Source of the DNA: Candidatus Sungbacteria bacterium RIFCSPLOWO2_01_FULL_54_21
GTDB taxonomy: Bacteria > Patescibacteriota > Minisyncoccia > Sungbacterales > HO2-52-23
Length of the DNA stretch: 63,084 bases
Assembly: GCA_001820725.1 (NCBI GenBank)
Contig: MHQR01000020.1
Coordinates: forward strand, 1 to 63,084
Reading direction: 5' to 3'
Positions 19,601 to 29,301 of this stretch are shown piece by piece; position 1 is the first letter of the stretch, and each line of letters opens with the position of its first letter. The position numbers and the translations under genes were made by a program. Below the pieces are notes generated by a model that was given only the letters and a program-made list of their open reading frames with translations, ran no database searches and was not told the origin of the DNA.

Positions 19601-20193
19601 AGCCCGTATTCTCCAAGGGATTTGTTGATGAACTGGAATCGTTCGATCCCGCAGGATCGCAGTATGCGTTTCGTTGCGAATGGGACGGCAACCCTGCATC
19701 TTTAAGCAGTTGGGATGCGCACACTGCCAATGGCTGGACTGACATTGTCCATCGTCCCGACGGGAACACGGGTTTCCTGGTGGGAGTAGGAGTAGTACCA
19801 AAATATCGCGGTGACTTTTTCCGCCATAACCATCTTGCTCCTGCTTATCCCTGGGGCGGGAGACGATTGGAGAAACGAGGCGGACCAGGGTGGGAGAAAC
19901 CCATGCGGGTATCAGAGCTTCTCATTGCCGTCACGCTCGATAACCTCTTCCGGCTGGGTGTGGTGCAGATCATTGGAAATGCTCGCATCCCCGGATATCA
20001 TCTGCACGGGGCGCTTACTCCGCAGGAATACTGCCGACTCCGCAGAGAGGACGGAAAACTCCAAGACCCTGTTCTGCGCTTCCATGAGCGCATGGGCGCG
20101 GAGATCCTGAAACCGGTTCTTTATTCAATGGAGGATCCAGAATCCTGCAATGCGGGATGCTGGGTGATATACCGGCATCCGTTTGCCGGTTAG
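19597..20193 (+). CDS. GNAT-like acyltransferase fold protein (weak call)
   Basis: VGVVPKYRG...LIAVTLDNLFRLG...FHERMGAEI resembles GNAT motifs A/B, with an insertion. Confidence 0.4.
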   Translation: MKPVFSKGFVDELESFDPAGSQYAFRCEWDGNPASLSSWDAHTANGWTDIVHRPDGNTGFLVGVGVVPKYRGDFFRHNHLAPAYPWGGRRLEKRGGPGWEKPMRVSELLIAVTLDNLFRLGVVQIIGNARIPGYHLHGALTPQEYCRLRREDGKLQDPVLRFHERMGAEILKPVLYSMEDPESCNAGCWVIYRHPFAG

Positions 20194-20244
20194 CTAAACA
20201 GGGAGGGGCGCACCGCGTCCCTCCCGCATCACATCCATTAACCT

Positions 20245-20958
20245 ATGAAGGATTGCTTCAAAATAGAAAAAATAGTGGCTGATATCTATCTCGTAACCGA
20301 GCCGTACTTCCGCGGGCACGCGAATCTATTTCTTTTAACGGGGCTTCCTTTTGATCTCCTGGTTGATGCCGGCCTAGGGCTTTGCGACCTAAAAAAATTT
20401 CTTACATCACGCGGATTCCGCCCCAAAGTCGTCATTACGCACGGGCATTTTGACCATATTGGTGGTCTTTCGCATTTTACAGATGAGGATGTTCTTGTCT
20501 CACCACTGACGGCCGCAAATATCGTTGAGAAACGTCTCTGGGGACTTAATTTTCTCAAGCCAGAATACTTTGATTCTCAACATACTCGCGAGGTGATCGG
20601 AAAATCTCCGCCGGAGGTGTGTGCGGATTTTGCCATCCGATTACCAAAGATGACTCCGTCCGAAATATCGGAGATATCTATAGGTGAGCGTCTGTTGCGC
20701 ATCATTTCGCTCCCCGGACATACGGATGACTCCATCGTATTGCACGATGAAAAAAATCGAATGTTGGTAACGGGTGATATGCTCTATGACGGTGGCATAT
20801 ACGCGGACTTTCCGAACTCGGATAAAACAGCTTTTAAGCGTTCGCTTAATCATCTTAGAACCCTTGATTTTGAATATGTACTGCCGGGGCATAATGAAAT
20901 TCTCTCAAGAGCCCAAGCCATGCGCGTAATCGACCGGTGGCATTCATGGCTATGCTAG
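20245..20958 (+). CDS. MBL-fold metallo-hydrolase
   Basis: VVITHGHFDHIGG (HxHxDH) and a downstream His/Asp pattern. Confidence 0.9.
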   Translation: MKDCFKIEKIVADIYLVTEPYFRGHANLFLLTGLPFDLLVDAGLGLCDLKKFLTSRGFRPKVVITHGHFDHIGGLSHFTDEDVLVSPLTAANIVEKRLWGLNFLKPEYFDSQHTREVIGKSPPEVCADFAIRLPKMTPSEISEISIGERLLRIISLPGHTDDSIVLHDEKNRMLVTGDMLYDGGIYADFPNSDKTAFKRSLNHLRTLDFEYVLPGHNEILSRAQAMRVIDRWHSWLC

Positions 20959-20983
20959 TGACCTGGCGCCATATAAGGTCGTG

Positions 20984-21012
20984 TTGACCTTCTGCCGAGG
21001 GTCTGCAATAAT
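20984..21012 (+). promoter_or_regulatory. promoter candidate giving a leaderless or near-leaderless mRNA
   Basis: TTGACC, 17-nt spacer, AATAAT, ending 6 nt before the GTG/ATG at 21019/21022. Confidence 0.45.
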
Positions 21013-21018
21013 GCATAG

Positions 21019-22254
21019 GTGATGTTTGCTGTTCAATGGAGAAAATACACGAAGGCCGCCGTTATCGTCGCCTCCGTTTTTGTTTTGGGCGCGTCTTTTT
21101 CCCTGGGCGCGTGGTACGGATACGCCAACCGGCCTGCTGTGGAAAAGGTGCTCAAGGTGACGGGGCAGAAGCCGCCGCAGGAGTTTGAAGCAACCGATTT
21201 CAACCTTTTCTGGGAAGTGTGGTCGCAATTGGAGGATAAATTCGTGGACAACGACAAGATTGACCGCAAGCAAATGGTGTACGGCGCCATCGCCGGACTC
21301 GCGCGCTCGCTCAAAGACCCGTATACCGAATTCCTCCCGCCCGCCGAATCCAAGCAATTCCAAGAGGATATCAAGGGCGCTTTCGGCGGCATCGGCGCGG
21401 AAATCGGCATCCGCAAAAACGTGATCACCGTGATAGCGCCGCTCAAGGGCAATCCCGCGGAAAAGGCGGGCATCAAGGCAGGAGACAAGATACTCAAAAT
21501 TGACGACACGACGACCAATGATCTGGCGCTGGATGAGGCCGTGCGCCTCATCCGAGGAGAGCCTGGCACCAAGGTTCGCCTTGCCGTGTTCCGCGACGGC
21601 GCTGATCGCACCCAGGAATACACCGTCATCCGCGACATTATCAAAATCCAAATCGTCAGTACGGAGAAACTGCCCGACGGCATCTTTGTCATCAAACTCA
21701 ATCACTTCACGGAAAATGCTGCGTTTGAATTCCGCAAGGCCGTACAGGAATTCTTTGATTCCGGGTCAAAAAAGATCATCCTTGATCTGCGCAACAATCC
21801 CGGCGGATTCCTGACCGTAGCCGTAGATATCGGCAGTTGGTGGGTGCCTGCCGGAGAGGCAATCGTGCGGGAACGCTACGGCGATGGCAAAGAAGATGTC
21901 TATCGTTCGTCTGGTTACAATGTCCTGGGCGCCGTTCCTACCGTACTCCTCGTCAACGAGGGCTCGGCTTCCGCGTCAGAAATCGTCGCCGGAGCTTTGC
22001 GCGACCACCGAAATATCACACTCGTCGGCGCAAAGACATTCGGCAAGGGCTCGGTGCAGGAAGTGGTGCAATTACCCCAACAGGCATCGTTGAAGGTGAC
22101 GATAGCCAAATGGCTCACGCCCAAAGGCACGGAAATAGATGGCAAGGGCTTGGAACCGGATGTTGCTGTAATCCCGCCGGAATCAGCGCAGGAAGGAGAC
22201 GGGATAAAAGATTTGATGCTGGAAAAAGCCCTTGAAGTCATCAAGAATCAATAA
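21019..22254 (+). CDS. S41 family C-terminal processing peptidase
   Basis: PDZ block GNPAEKAGIKAGDKILKID. Catalytic region LVNEGSASASEIVAGAL and GKGSVQ. Confidence 0.9.
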   Translation: MMFAVQWRKYTKAAVIVASVFVLGASFSLGAWYGYANRPAVEKVLKVTGQKPPQEFEATDFNLFWEVWSQLEDKFVDNDKIDRKQMVYGAIAGLARSLKDPYTEFLPPAESKQFQEDIKGAFGGIGAEIGIRKNVITVIAPLKGNPAEKAGIKAGDKILKIDDTTTNDLALDEAVRLIRGEPGTKVRLAVFRDGADRTQEYTVIRDIIKIQIVSTEKLPDGIFVIKLNHFTENAAFEFRKAVQEFFDSGSKKIILDLRNNPGGFLTVAVDIGSWWVPAGEAIVRERYGDGKEDVYRSSGYNVLGAVPTVLLVNEGSASASEIVAGALRDHRNITLVGAKTFGKGSVQEVVQLPQQASLKVTIAKWLTPKGTEIDGKGLEPDVAVIPPESAQEGDGIKDLMLEKALEVIKNQ

Positions 22255-22258
22255 TCAT

Positions 22259-22702
22259 ATGAAAGTCATTCTGCTGGAGGACGTGCGGCATCTCGGAAGG
22301 AAAGGCGATACCAAGGACATCAGCGAAGGATACGGCCGGAATTTCCTCATCCCCAAAAAGCTCGCAGTTATCGCCACTGACGCCGTCATGCAGGACGTAG
22401 CGCAGAAAAAAGCGCGCGAGGAAAAGGAGATCGCGGGAGAGCAGCAGCGCTGGGCAGAAGCCGCGAAAAAAATGGGGGATATAACGCTCTCTTTCAAGAT
22501 GAAGATGGGAGAGAAGGGCAAGACCTTTGGCTCCGTAAGTAGCGCCAAGATTACGGAAGCCCTGCACAAGGCGAGCATTGTCGTGGAGAAGGAGTGGATA
22601 GAGCTCGAAGATCCCATCAAAACCACTGGCGAGCACGCGATTATCGTACGTTTTCCCCATGAGATTGCGGCAAAAATAAAAATAGTCGTAGAACCGGAAT
22701 AA
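22259..22702 (+). CDS. rplI: 50S ribosomal protein L9
   Basis: MKVILLEDVRHLGRKGDTKDISEGYGRNFLIP. Confidence 0.9.
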   Translation: MKVILLEDVRHLGRKGDTKDISEGYGRNFLIPKKLAVIATDAVMQDVAQKKAREEKEIAGEQQRWAEAAKKMGDITLSFKMKMGEKGKTFGSVSSAKITEALHKASIVVEKEWIELEDPIKTTGEHAIIVRFPHEIAAKIKIVVEPE

Positions 22703-22722
22703 CCGTAAGCCGAAAATCTTTT

Positions 22723-24411
22723 ATGACGCGTTATATTTTTGTAGCGGGAGGCGTGATGTCGGGTATTGGCAAGGGCGTTACCACGGCCTCCATCGCCCGT
22801 ATTCTCAAATCAAGGGGGTTTCGCGTGACTGCGGCTAAAATTGACCCGTACGTCAACGTGGACGCGGGCACCATGAATCCCATCGAGCACGGCGAGACGT
22901 TTGTCACCGACGACGGCATGGAGTGCGATCAGGATGTGGGAAATTACGAGCGATTCTTGGGTGAAGACATTCCGCGCGAGAATTATATGACCACGGGCGC
23001 GGTGTATCAGGAAGTCATCCGCAAGGAGCGCAACCTGGAATACGGGGGCGCGTGCGTGCAGGTCGTACCCGCGATTCCGCAGGAAGTGATTGAGCGGCTG
23101 GAAACCGCAAGCAAAAAAGCACAAGCGGATTTTACGCTGGTTGAGATCGGCGGCACGGTAGGGGAGTATGAGAATATCCTTTTTCTCGAAGCGGCGCGCA
23201 TGATGCGCCTCGCGCGGCCCAAGAACGTCCTCTTTGTTCTTGTCTCATATTTGCCCGTGCCCAGCATGATCGGGGAAATGAAGACCAAACCGACCCAGCA
23301 CGCGGTGCGCGCCATGAATGCCACCGGACTCCAGCCCGACTTTATCATCGCGCGATCCACCGTTTCCATCGACGAGCCACGCAAGAAAAAACTCGCCGTG
23401 TTCTGCAACGTACACGAGGAGGACGTAATTTCCGCGCCCGACGTTACTTCTATTTATGAGATACCGCTCAATTTTGAAAAAGATATGCTTGGCGACCGCG
23501 TGCTCGAGAAATTTGGCATGAAGCGCTCCGTGTCCGACATGGCGGATTGGAAAGACCTCGTAACACGCATCAAGGGAGCGAAGAGGCAGATGGGTATCGC
23601 AATCGTAGGAAAATATTTCCAGACCGGCGATTTCGTGCTCGCTGACTCCTATATCTCCGTCATCGAAGCGATCAAACACGCGGCCTGGGCCGAAAGAATC
23701 ACGCCAGAAATCGTATGGCTCAACGCCGAGGAGTACGAAAATGATCCGCAAAAACTACAGGAACTCGACGCATACGACGGTATCATCGTGCCGGGCGGCT
23801 TTGGCCCGCGCGGCGTGGAAGGCAAGATACTCGCGATTCAGTACGCGCGCGAGCGCCAGATACCGTATTTCGGCCTTTGCTATGGCATGCAGTTGGCGAC
23901 CATTGAATTCGCGCGCAATGTCTGCGGGCTCAAGGGCGCGAACACCACCGAAGTAGATCCTCAAACCGCCCATCCCGTCATTACCCCCATGGAAGAACAG
24001 CAGTCGCTTATCCAGGAAAAGCACTTCGGCGGCTCCATGCGCCTGGGCGCGTACGATTGCCGACTGACGCCCGGCTCTCTCTCCATGCGCGCGTATGCAA
24101 AAGACAAATCAGGCACGCAAAAAAACGGCGTGATCAGCGAACGCCATCGCCACCGCTATGAATTCAATAACGCGTACCGAGAGACGCTGACAAGGAAAGG
24201 CCTGGTCGTCGCGGGATGCAATCCCCAACGCAACCTCGTCGAGATTATCGAGCTGGCGGATCACCCGTTCTTCGTGGGCACCCAGTTCCATCCGGAGTTC
24301 AAGTCGCGCCCGCTCTCGCCCCATCCGTTGTATCGGGCGTTCATTCAAGCGGCTTTGGATACTAAAAATAAAAATGCCTCCAACAACGGCGTGACCGATG
24401 ATGGGGGCTGA
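22723..24411 (+). CDS. pyrG: CTP synthase
   Basis: GGVMSGIGKG at the N-terminus. GATase GLCYGMQ and HRHRYE. Confidence 0.95.
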   Translation: MTRYIFVAGGVMSGIGKGVTTASIARILKSRGFRVTAAKIDPYVNVDAGTMNPIEHGETFVTDDGMECDQDVGNYERFLGEDIPRENYMTTGAVYQEVIRKERNLEYGGACVQVVPAIPQEVIERLETASKKAQADFTLVEIGGTVGEYENILFLEAARMMRLARPKNVLFVLVSYLPVPSMIGEMKTKPTQHAVRAMNATGLQPDFIIARSTVSIDEPRKKKLAVFCNVHEEDVISAPDVTSIYEIPLNFEKDMLGDRVLEKFGMKRSVSDMADWKDLVTRIKGAKRQMGIAIVGKYFQTGDFVLADSYISVIEAIKHAAWAERITPEIVWLNAEEYENDPQKLQELDAYDGIIVPGGFGPRGVEGKILAIQYARERQIPYFGLCYGMQLATIEFARNVCGLKGANTTEVDPQTAHPVITPMEEQQSLIQEKHFGGSMRLGAYDCRLTPGSLSMRAYAKDKSGTQKNGVISERHRHRYEFNNAYRETLTRKGLVVAGCNPQRNLVEIIELADHPFFVGTQFHPEFKSRPLSPHPLYRAFIQAALDTKNKNASNNGVTDDGG

Positions 24412-24430
24412 AGTTTTGCTCAACGAAAAC

Positions 24431-24787
24431 CTACACGTTTGGGGCGCGTCGCGCCATCTGCCTCATGTGCGCCATGTAGCTGAGGCCGTAAATGATGAGG
24501 TGAACTTGCCCGGCATATTCCCGGCTGAAGCCGAAATAATCGGCAATCTCCTGGAGTGCGGCACGGCCCTGCACCATGATATCCAATTGATCCAGCGCAT
24601 CCGGGCCGTACTTTTCCTTAAAGTTCCGGCTGAATTTATCAGACGGCTTGATATTAAACTTGTTACGCCAGTGCGACACCGTGGAGGTACCTACATCAAG
24701 CAAAACGGCAATCTGTCGGTCAGTAAGCGCCTCCGTTTCTACTTTCCCACGGATAAACCCCTCAATATAGCGCTTATCAATTTTCAA
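24431..24787 (-). CDS. HTH domain protein (119 aa)
   Basis: TTG start preceded by GGAGGTGTACA. LTDRQIAVLLDVGTSTVSHWRNKF looks like an HTH. The N-terminal extension in the track has no support. Confidence 0.55.
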   Translation of the reverse strand: MKIDKRYIEGFIRGKVETEALTDRQIAVLLDVGTSTVSHWRNKFNIKPSDKFSRNFKEKYGPDALDQLDIMVQGRAALQEIADYFGFSREYAGQVHLIIYGLSYMAHMRQMARRAPNV

Positions 24788-24864
24788 TGTACACCTCCAG
24801 AGAAGAGAGATCGCATGACCAGCACCGCCGCACACGAACATCGCGCACAGCGGTCTGCCCACGC

Positions 24865-25149
24865 CTATGTCCCTACAGCAACGACACTCACTTGCTTTGC
24901 ATGACGCCATGTCCCGTCAAATCGCTCCTTGCGAATAGTGCGGAATTTGACTACGCCTTGGCGGATGGCATACAGCGTATCGTCGCCGCCGCGGCGCGTA
25001 CCCTCCCCGGGGACGAATTTGGTCCCGCGCTGGCGAATGAGAATATCGCCCGCCTCTGCCGGCATATTATCGTATTTTTTTACGCCGAGATACTTCGGTT
25101 GCGAGTCGCGGCCGTATTTGCCGGCACCCGCTGATTTTGTATGCGCCAT
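24865..25149 (-). CDS. rpmA: 50S ribosomal protein L27
   Basis: MAHTKSAGAGKYGRDS...LIRQRGTKFVPG. Confidence 0.95.
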   Translation of the reverse strand: MAHTKSAGAGKYGRDSQPKYLGVKKYDNMPAEAGDILIRQRGTKFVPGEGTRRGGDDTLYAIRQGVVKFRTIRKERFDGTWRHAKQVSVVAVGT

Positions 25150-25181
25150 ACAAGGAAAATACTTGTTAAATTGTACTGGTT

Positions 25182-25210
25182 ATGATAGGGCACTATCGGG
25201 AAAAAGTCAA
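25182..25210 (-). promoter_or_regulatory. rpmA promoter candidate
   Basis: On the - strand: TTGACT, 17-nt spacer, TATCAT. The -10 element overlaps the ATG of the divergent gene at 25182. Confidence 0.5.
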
Positions 25211-25589
25211 CGCATGGGCAGGGGAGCGTAAGAACGACCTGTTTATCGCGGCCGTCATCTTTCTTGTTGGCCTGGGGAGCTTTGGCCTGGGCCGCTTATC
25301 AGCCATCATGCCCTCAAAACCGCCTATAAAAGTGACCTCGCCCCAGATCACAGACATCGCTGCCCAGGACGCTTCTTCAGCCGCTGTGGGAGCGGGGGGA
25401 CTTGCGGCAAAAGCCGCCGCAACATCTGCAGCGGGGCGATACCTTGGCTCCGTATCGGGCACCGCATATCATCTTCCGTGGTGCCCAGGCGCCCAGCGCA
25501 TCAAAGAACAAAACAAGATATGGTTCCAAACCAAAGAAGAGGCCGAGAAAAAAGGATACAAGCCCGCAGGCAATTGTCCCGGCCTCTGA
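25182..25589 (+). CDS. membrane-anchored protein with a C-terminal sunset/Ada-like Cys motif
   Basis: TM (LFIAAVIFLVGLGSFGL). C-terminus YHLPWCPGAQRIKEQNKIWFQTKEEAEKKGYKPAGNCP. Confidence 0.65.
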   Translation: MIGHYREKVNAWAGERKNDLFIAAVIFLVGLGSFGLGRLSAIMPSKPPIKVTSPQITDIAAQDASSAAVGAGGLAAKAAATSAAGRYLGSVSGTAYHLPWCPGAQRIKEQNKIWFQTKEEAEKKGYKPAGNCPGL

Positions 25590-25595
25590 CGCGGT

Positions 25596-25631
25596 GTGTG
25601 ATAAAATATGCTATAGCATATTTTATCACAC
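25596..25631. terminator. bidirectional terminator, 36-nt perfect palindrome
   Basis: GTGTGATAAAATATGCTA/TAGCATATTTTATCACAC between convergent genes. Confidence 0.75.
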
Positions 25632-25644
25632 AAAGAATATGACT

Positions 25645-26886
25645 CTATAGTTCGGTGGGGAGAGGGGATTCGGTGGCCGCGTCTTCCGGGCCTTTGATCT
25701 TTTTGAGCGATGCCGTGAGCACGGAATATTCTTTTGCAACCGCGCGCGCTTCTTCCACGACAAGACGCACATCTTCGGGTACTTCGTACAGTATCTTACG
25801 CAATTTTGTCGCGTCTGCCGTCAGAATGTCCTGCCATTTCCCAAGAGGGGAGAGGAGCGCTTCTATTTTTTGATAATCGTATTCAAATCGCTGTTGCGTC
25901 CGCTTGGACACATACCCCTCGTCGCCAAATACCCGCGTCAGACCCTCGCGCTCCATGTATTCGCGTATCTGCGCCTGCAGTTCCTCCATCCGCTTTTTCA
26001 AGCGGTCTTCGTTCTTTTTCAAACCCAGATATTCATTGATGGCGCCGTTGGCATCGGCCTCATTTTTAATCGCCGGGTCTTGTTTTTTATACAGATGCTT
26101 CCACGCAGGGCACATCGGCCGATACCCGCACCAATTGCAGAGGATCGACGGCATGGGATCAAAATTTTTTCCGCCCTGTATTTTATCCTGAATGTCGGCG
26201 ATAGTTTTTAGAATGTGCGTCTGGGTTTTTTTCGTGTTCTCCGCAGACGCCTGCGTGGAGAGTTTTACCCCGTGTTTTACGAAATACAAAGACAGTTTGA
26301 TTTCCTCCGGCTTGATGTGCGGCCAGCGATTTTGCAGACCCAGAGAATAGAGCGAGAGCTGAAGGTCGCGGTTGATCGCGTCCTGCGAGGGCATACGCTT
26401 GGCGGTCTTGTAGTCAATGATTTCGTACGTCTCATCCGACAGTTTGTCTATCCGATCAATAATACCCGCCAAAATGTGTGTTTCTCCGGTTTTGGGGTCT
26501 GCCAAGACGATTTCAAAGCGCGATTCTAAATCCACAACCGCGAAATTCCACGGCGCGTTTTTCTCATAAAATTTTTTGAGCATCGCAACACCATCCTCAA
26601 AATACGCCTTTTCCTCCTCGGGGGTCCACGCGCGCTTAAGCGGATCGTTTTTTTCTTCCTGCAAAAAGACCTCGCGCAGGGGCCAATGCTCGCGGAAATG
26701 CGCTATCACTTCGTCGAGCGTGGGAAAGAGGGGAGTGCGCTCGAACATAAAATGGAGCGTGTCATGAATCAGCGACCCGAAGATCGCCTCTTTTCCTTTC
26801 GGCGCCCGGATGCGGTCAACCTCTTGAAACTTATACCGCTGGGGACACTGCAAATATGTATTAATTGCCGAATACGATGTGCGCAT
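25645..26886 (-). CDS. PD-(D/E)XK nuclease (Cas4/AddB-type Cys cluster) with a long C-terminal helical extension
   Basis: QCPQRYKF, IIDRIDKL...YEIIDYKT, CNWCGYRPMCP. Start trimmed to MRTSYSAINTY, because the longer ORF overlaps the xer promoter and gene. Confidence 0.8.
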   Translation of the reverse strand: MRTSYSAINTYLQCPQRYKFQEVDRIRAPKGKEAIFGSLIHDTLHFMFERTPLFPTLDEVIAHFREHWPLREVFLQEEKNDPLKRAWTPEEEKAYFEDGVAMLKKFYEKNAPWNFAVVDLESRFEIVLADPKTGETHILAGIIDRIDKLSDETYEIIDYKTAKRMPSQDAINRDLQLSLYSLGLQNRWPHIKPEEIKLSLYFVKHGVKLSTQASAENTKKTQTHILKTIADIQDKIQGGKNFDPMPSILCNWCGYRPMCPAWKHLYKKQDPAIKNEADANGAINEYLGLKKNEDRLKKRMEELQAQIREYMEREGLTRVFGDEGYVSKRTQQRFEYDYQKIEALLSPLGKWQDILTADATKLRKILYEVPEDVRLVVEEARAVAKEYSVLTASLKKIKGPEDAATESPLPTEL

Positions 26887-26946
26887 AGCACTCTTCACTA
26901 TACCCTTGCACGCCCGCCCTACAAGGGGACTGTGGATAACCATAGA

Positions 26947-26975
26947 TTGACCACGTTGTTTGGATGAAATAGAAT
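26947..26975 (+). promoter_or_regulatory. promoter candidate for the recombinase gene
   Basis: TTGACC, 17-nt spacer, TAGAAT, with a second TATAAT 4 nt downstream. Confidence 0.45.
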
Positions 26976-27008
26976 TGAGTATAATATCCCTATGGATGAG
27001 TTTTATAA

Positions 27009-27950
27009 ATGCAAAATATGTTGCCTCATTTTGATGAGTTTCTTTTAAGTTTGAGATCGAACCAGTATTCGCTGGAGACAATCTACAACTATGAACACGA
27101 CCTCATGGTCTTTGATTTATTCCTTGAGAAAGATGCGAAAATACCATTTGATGGGATGTCCAAAAAAACCATTGACCTTTATAAGGCATTTCTTATCTCC
27201 AAAGATCGCAAAACACCTAAAAAACTAATGCGGGGACGGGTTCAATTATCAGCAGGATCCATAAATAGGATGCTCTCAACGCTTCGCCGATATTTGGCTT
27301 ATCTCGGAGATAACGATTATCCCGCACCCATATATCCAAATGATATCAAACTCGTTAAGATGCCGCGGCCGCATGCGCGAGTGGCAGAATTTCAACAGCT
27401 CGTAGAACTTATAGAATCCCCCGTGCATTTTGAAAAAAATAAGAACATAGCAAAGCGCAACCGCGCGATGCTGGAAACATTGTTTGCGACGGGCATGCGC
27501 ATATCCGAACTTTTATCTCTCAACAAAGACCAACTGGATAGATCAGGAAAGATATTTATCCGCGGAAAGGGGAAGAAGGAACGATTTGTCTATCTTACGG
27601 AACGCGCAAAAAATTGCATCAAGAAATATCTGGATACCCGCACCGACGAATATCCGGCCCTTTTCATCCCCTATCGCGGGCAAAACGCGGGGACGACCAG
27701 GGCGCGTATTTCGCCCAATTATCTGCAGATGAAAATCAAACGCTACAAGGAACAGCTCGGCATCAATGTCCCGACATCCGCGCATTCATTGCGCCACGGC
27801 TTTGCGACGTATATGGCGGAGCAGGGCGCCAACCCCGCGGCCCTGCAAATACTCCTCGGCCATGAATCCCTCCATACCACTACGCGCTATGTGCATGCTT
27901 CGGACAAGTACGCCGAGAGAACGCACAAAGAATTCCATCCGCTGAAATAA
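27009..27950 (+). CDS. tyrosine recombinase, XerC/XerD family
   Basis: ATGMRISELLSL (Arg), HSLRHGFATY, LLGHESLHTTTRYVH (catalytic Tyr). Confidence 0.9.
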   Translation: MQNMLPHFDEFLLSLRSNQYSLETIYNYEHDLMVFDLFLEKDAKIPFDGMSKKTIDLYKAFLISKDRKTPKKLMRGRVQLSAGSINRMLSTLRRYLAYLGDNDYPAPIYPNDIKLVKMPRPHARVAEFQQLVELIESPVHFEKNKNIAKRNRAMLETLFATGMRISELLSLNKDQLDRSGKIFIRGKGKKERFVYLTERAKNCIKKYLDTRTDEYPALFIPYRGQNAGTTRARISPNYLQMKIKRYKEQLGINVPTSAHSLRHGFATYMAEQGANPAALQILLGHESLHTTTRYVHASDKYAERTHKEFHPLK

Positions 27951-27969
27951 AAAAGCGCATCCTCAAATT

Positions 27970-29301
27970 CTATAAATAATCAAGGGGGTTGAGGTAGGCG
28001 TTGACGGCGGAGATCGGCACGGTCATGGTCGTGCCGCACACGCGCGAGCGGATATTTTCCACGCGCACGCCCTGCGTCGCGAAGACGGAAAAATGGAGAT
28101 GCGGGCCCGTGGCATATCCTGACATGCCGGAAGACCCGATGCGGCCGCCGCGCTCGACCGTATCCCCCGCGGATACGCCGATCGAGGAGAGATGCGCATA
28201 GAGGGTTGAAAGGTTGTTGGGGTGGCGCACGAGAATCCATTTGCCATATGATGCCCTGCGGCATCCGATATCAGTATCCCCGATCGCCGTCACCGTTCCT
28301 TTTTCCGCCGCAAAAACCGTGGTGCTGGTATCAGCGCGAAAATCAACGCCGTTGTGCCCGCTTCCGTTATATCCCCCACTCGCCGCAAACGATGTGTACC
28401 CAAAGTATTGCGTGAGGCAGTTGGTTGCTCTGTCCTGGGTCATGGTTTTCGCGCACGTGGCAAGAATCGGCTTCGGCAAGGGACTGGCGAATACCCCACT
28501 CCCGCGCGACGGCAGGAGCGACGGGTCGATGGTAATCCGTATCTTTTCTTCGATCGTATGGATTTCCTGCTCCAATGCCGCGCGCTTTTTCTCCGCTTCC
28601 TGCACCAATTCTTGATATTTTTTCTCCTGATTTTTGGTCGCTATCAGCAGTTCGGCGCGCGTGCGTTTCTCCCCTTCCTGCGCGACTTTGCGATCGCGCA
28701 GTTCGAATTTCAAGTCCTCCAGTAGGACTTTTTTCTCCTCGGCTTCTCCTTTTTGGGCTTCTAACTCCTGACGCACATCGCGCAGAGCATCAATAGACCC
28801 TAACATCTTTATTTCCAAAGACGAGAAGTGATCGAGCTCCTGCAGGAAGTCCGAGAGCCGCGGCCGCTTTGCCAAGACGCGCACCATCGGCTCCTCGTCG
28901 CGCTGTGATACGACGCGCAGTGCCGCGCCAAGCCCCAATTGCAGGCGGTCAACAGATATCTCCTTTTCCTTTATCTCGCTCCCCAACACTCCTATTTCCA
29001 ACGCACGCGCGGAGATCTTGCGTTCGGTGAGCGTGATGTCGTTTTTCAGCCCCCCGATGAGGCGATCAATGCGCACCAGCTCGCCACTTAATGTCTTTGC
29101 GCGGCCCTGTTGGACCGTGATCTCATCGCGGAATTTTTTTGCCGCTTCTTCAAGATGTTTTATTTCGTCGTTGCGCTCTCGAATCGAACGCTTCAGCTCG
29201 TCAATCGTTTCTCCGCGCACGGCCAGGGGAAACGCAATAATCGCGGCAGGGATTGCCACACAAAAAAATATATCCCTGGCCAGGCGTGCAGGCATCCTCA
29301 T
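27970..29301 (-). CDS. M23 family metallopeptidase with N-terminal coiled coil (EnvC-like)
   Basis: GHNGVDFRA and GPHLHFSVF. About 250 aa of coiled coil after an N-terminal TM. Confidence 0.9.
   Translation of the reverse strand: MRMPARLARDIFFCVAIPAAIIAFPLAVRGETIDELKRSIRERNDEIKHLEEAAKKFRDEITVQQGRAKTLSGELVRIDRLIGGLKNDITLTERKISARALEIGVLGSEIKEKEISVDRLQLGLGAALRVVSQRDEEPMVRVLAKRPRLSDFLQELDHFSSLEIKMLGSIDALRDVRQELEAQKGEAEEKKVLLEDLKFELRDRKVAQEGEKRTRAELLIATKNQEKKYQELVQEAEKKRAALEQEIHTIEEKIRITIDPSLLPSRGSGVFASPLPKPILATCAKTMTQDRATNCLTQYFGYTSFAASGGYNGSGHNGVDFRADTSTTVFAAEKGTVTAIGDTDIGCRRASYGKWILVRHPNNLSTLYAHLSSIGVSAGDTVERGGRIGSSGMSGYATGPHLHFSVFATQGVRVENIRSRVCGTTMTVPISAVNAYLNPLDYL

Noticed and set aside
26887-27081. 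N-terminal extension of the PD-(D/E)XK nuclease ORF
   Set aside because: It overlaps the recombinase gene start and its TTGACC-17-TAGAAT promoter. Nuclease homology begins at SYSAINTYLQCP, just after the ATG at 26886.
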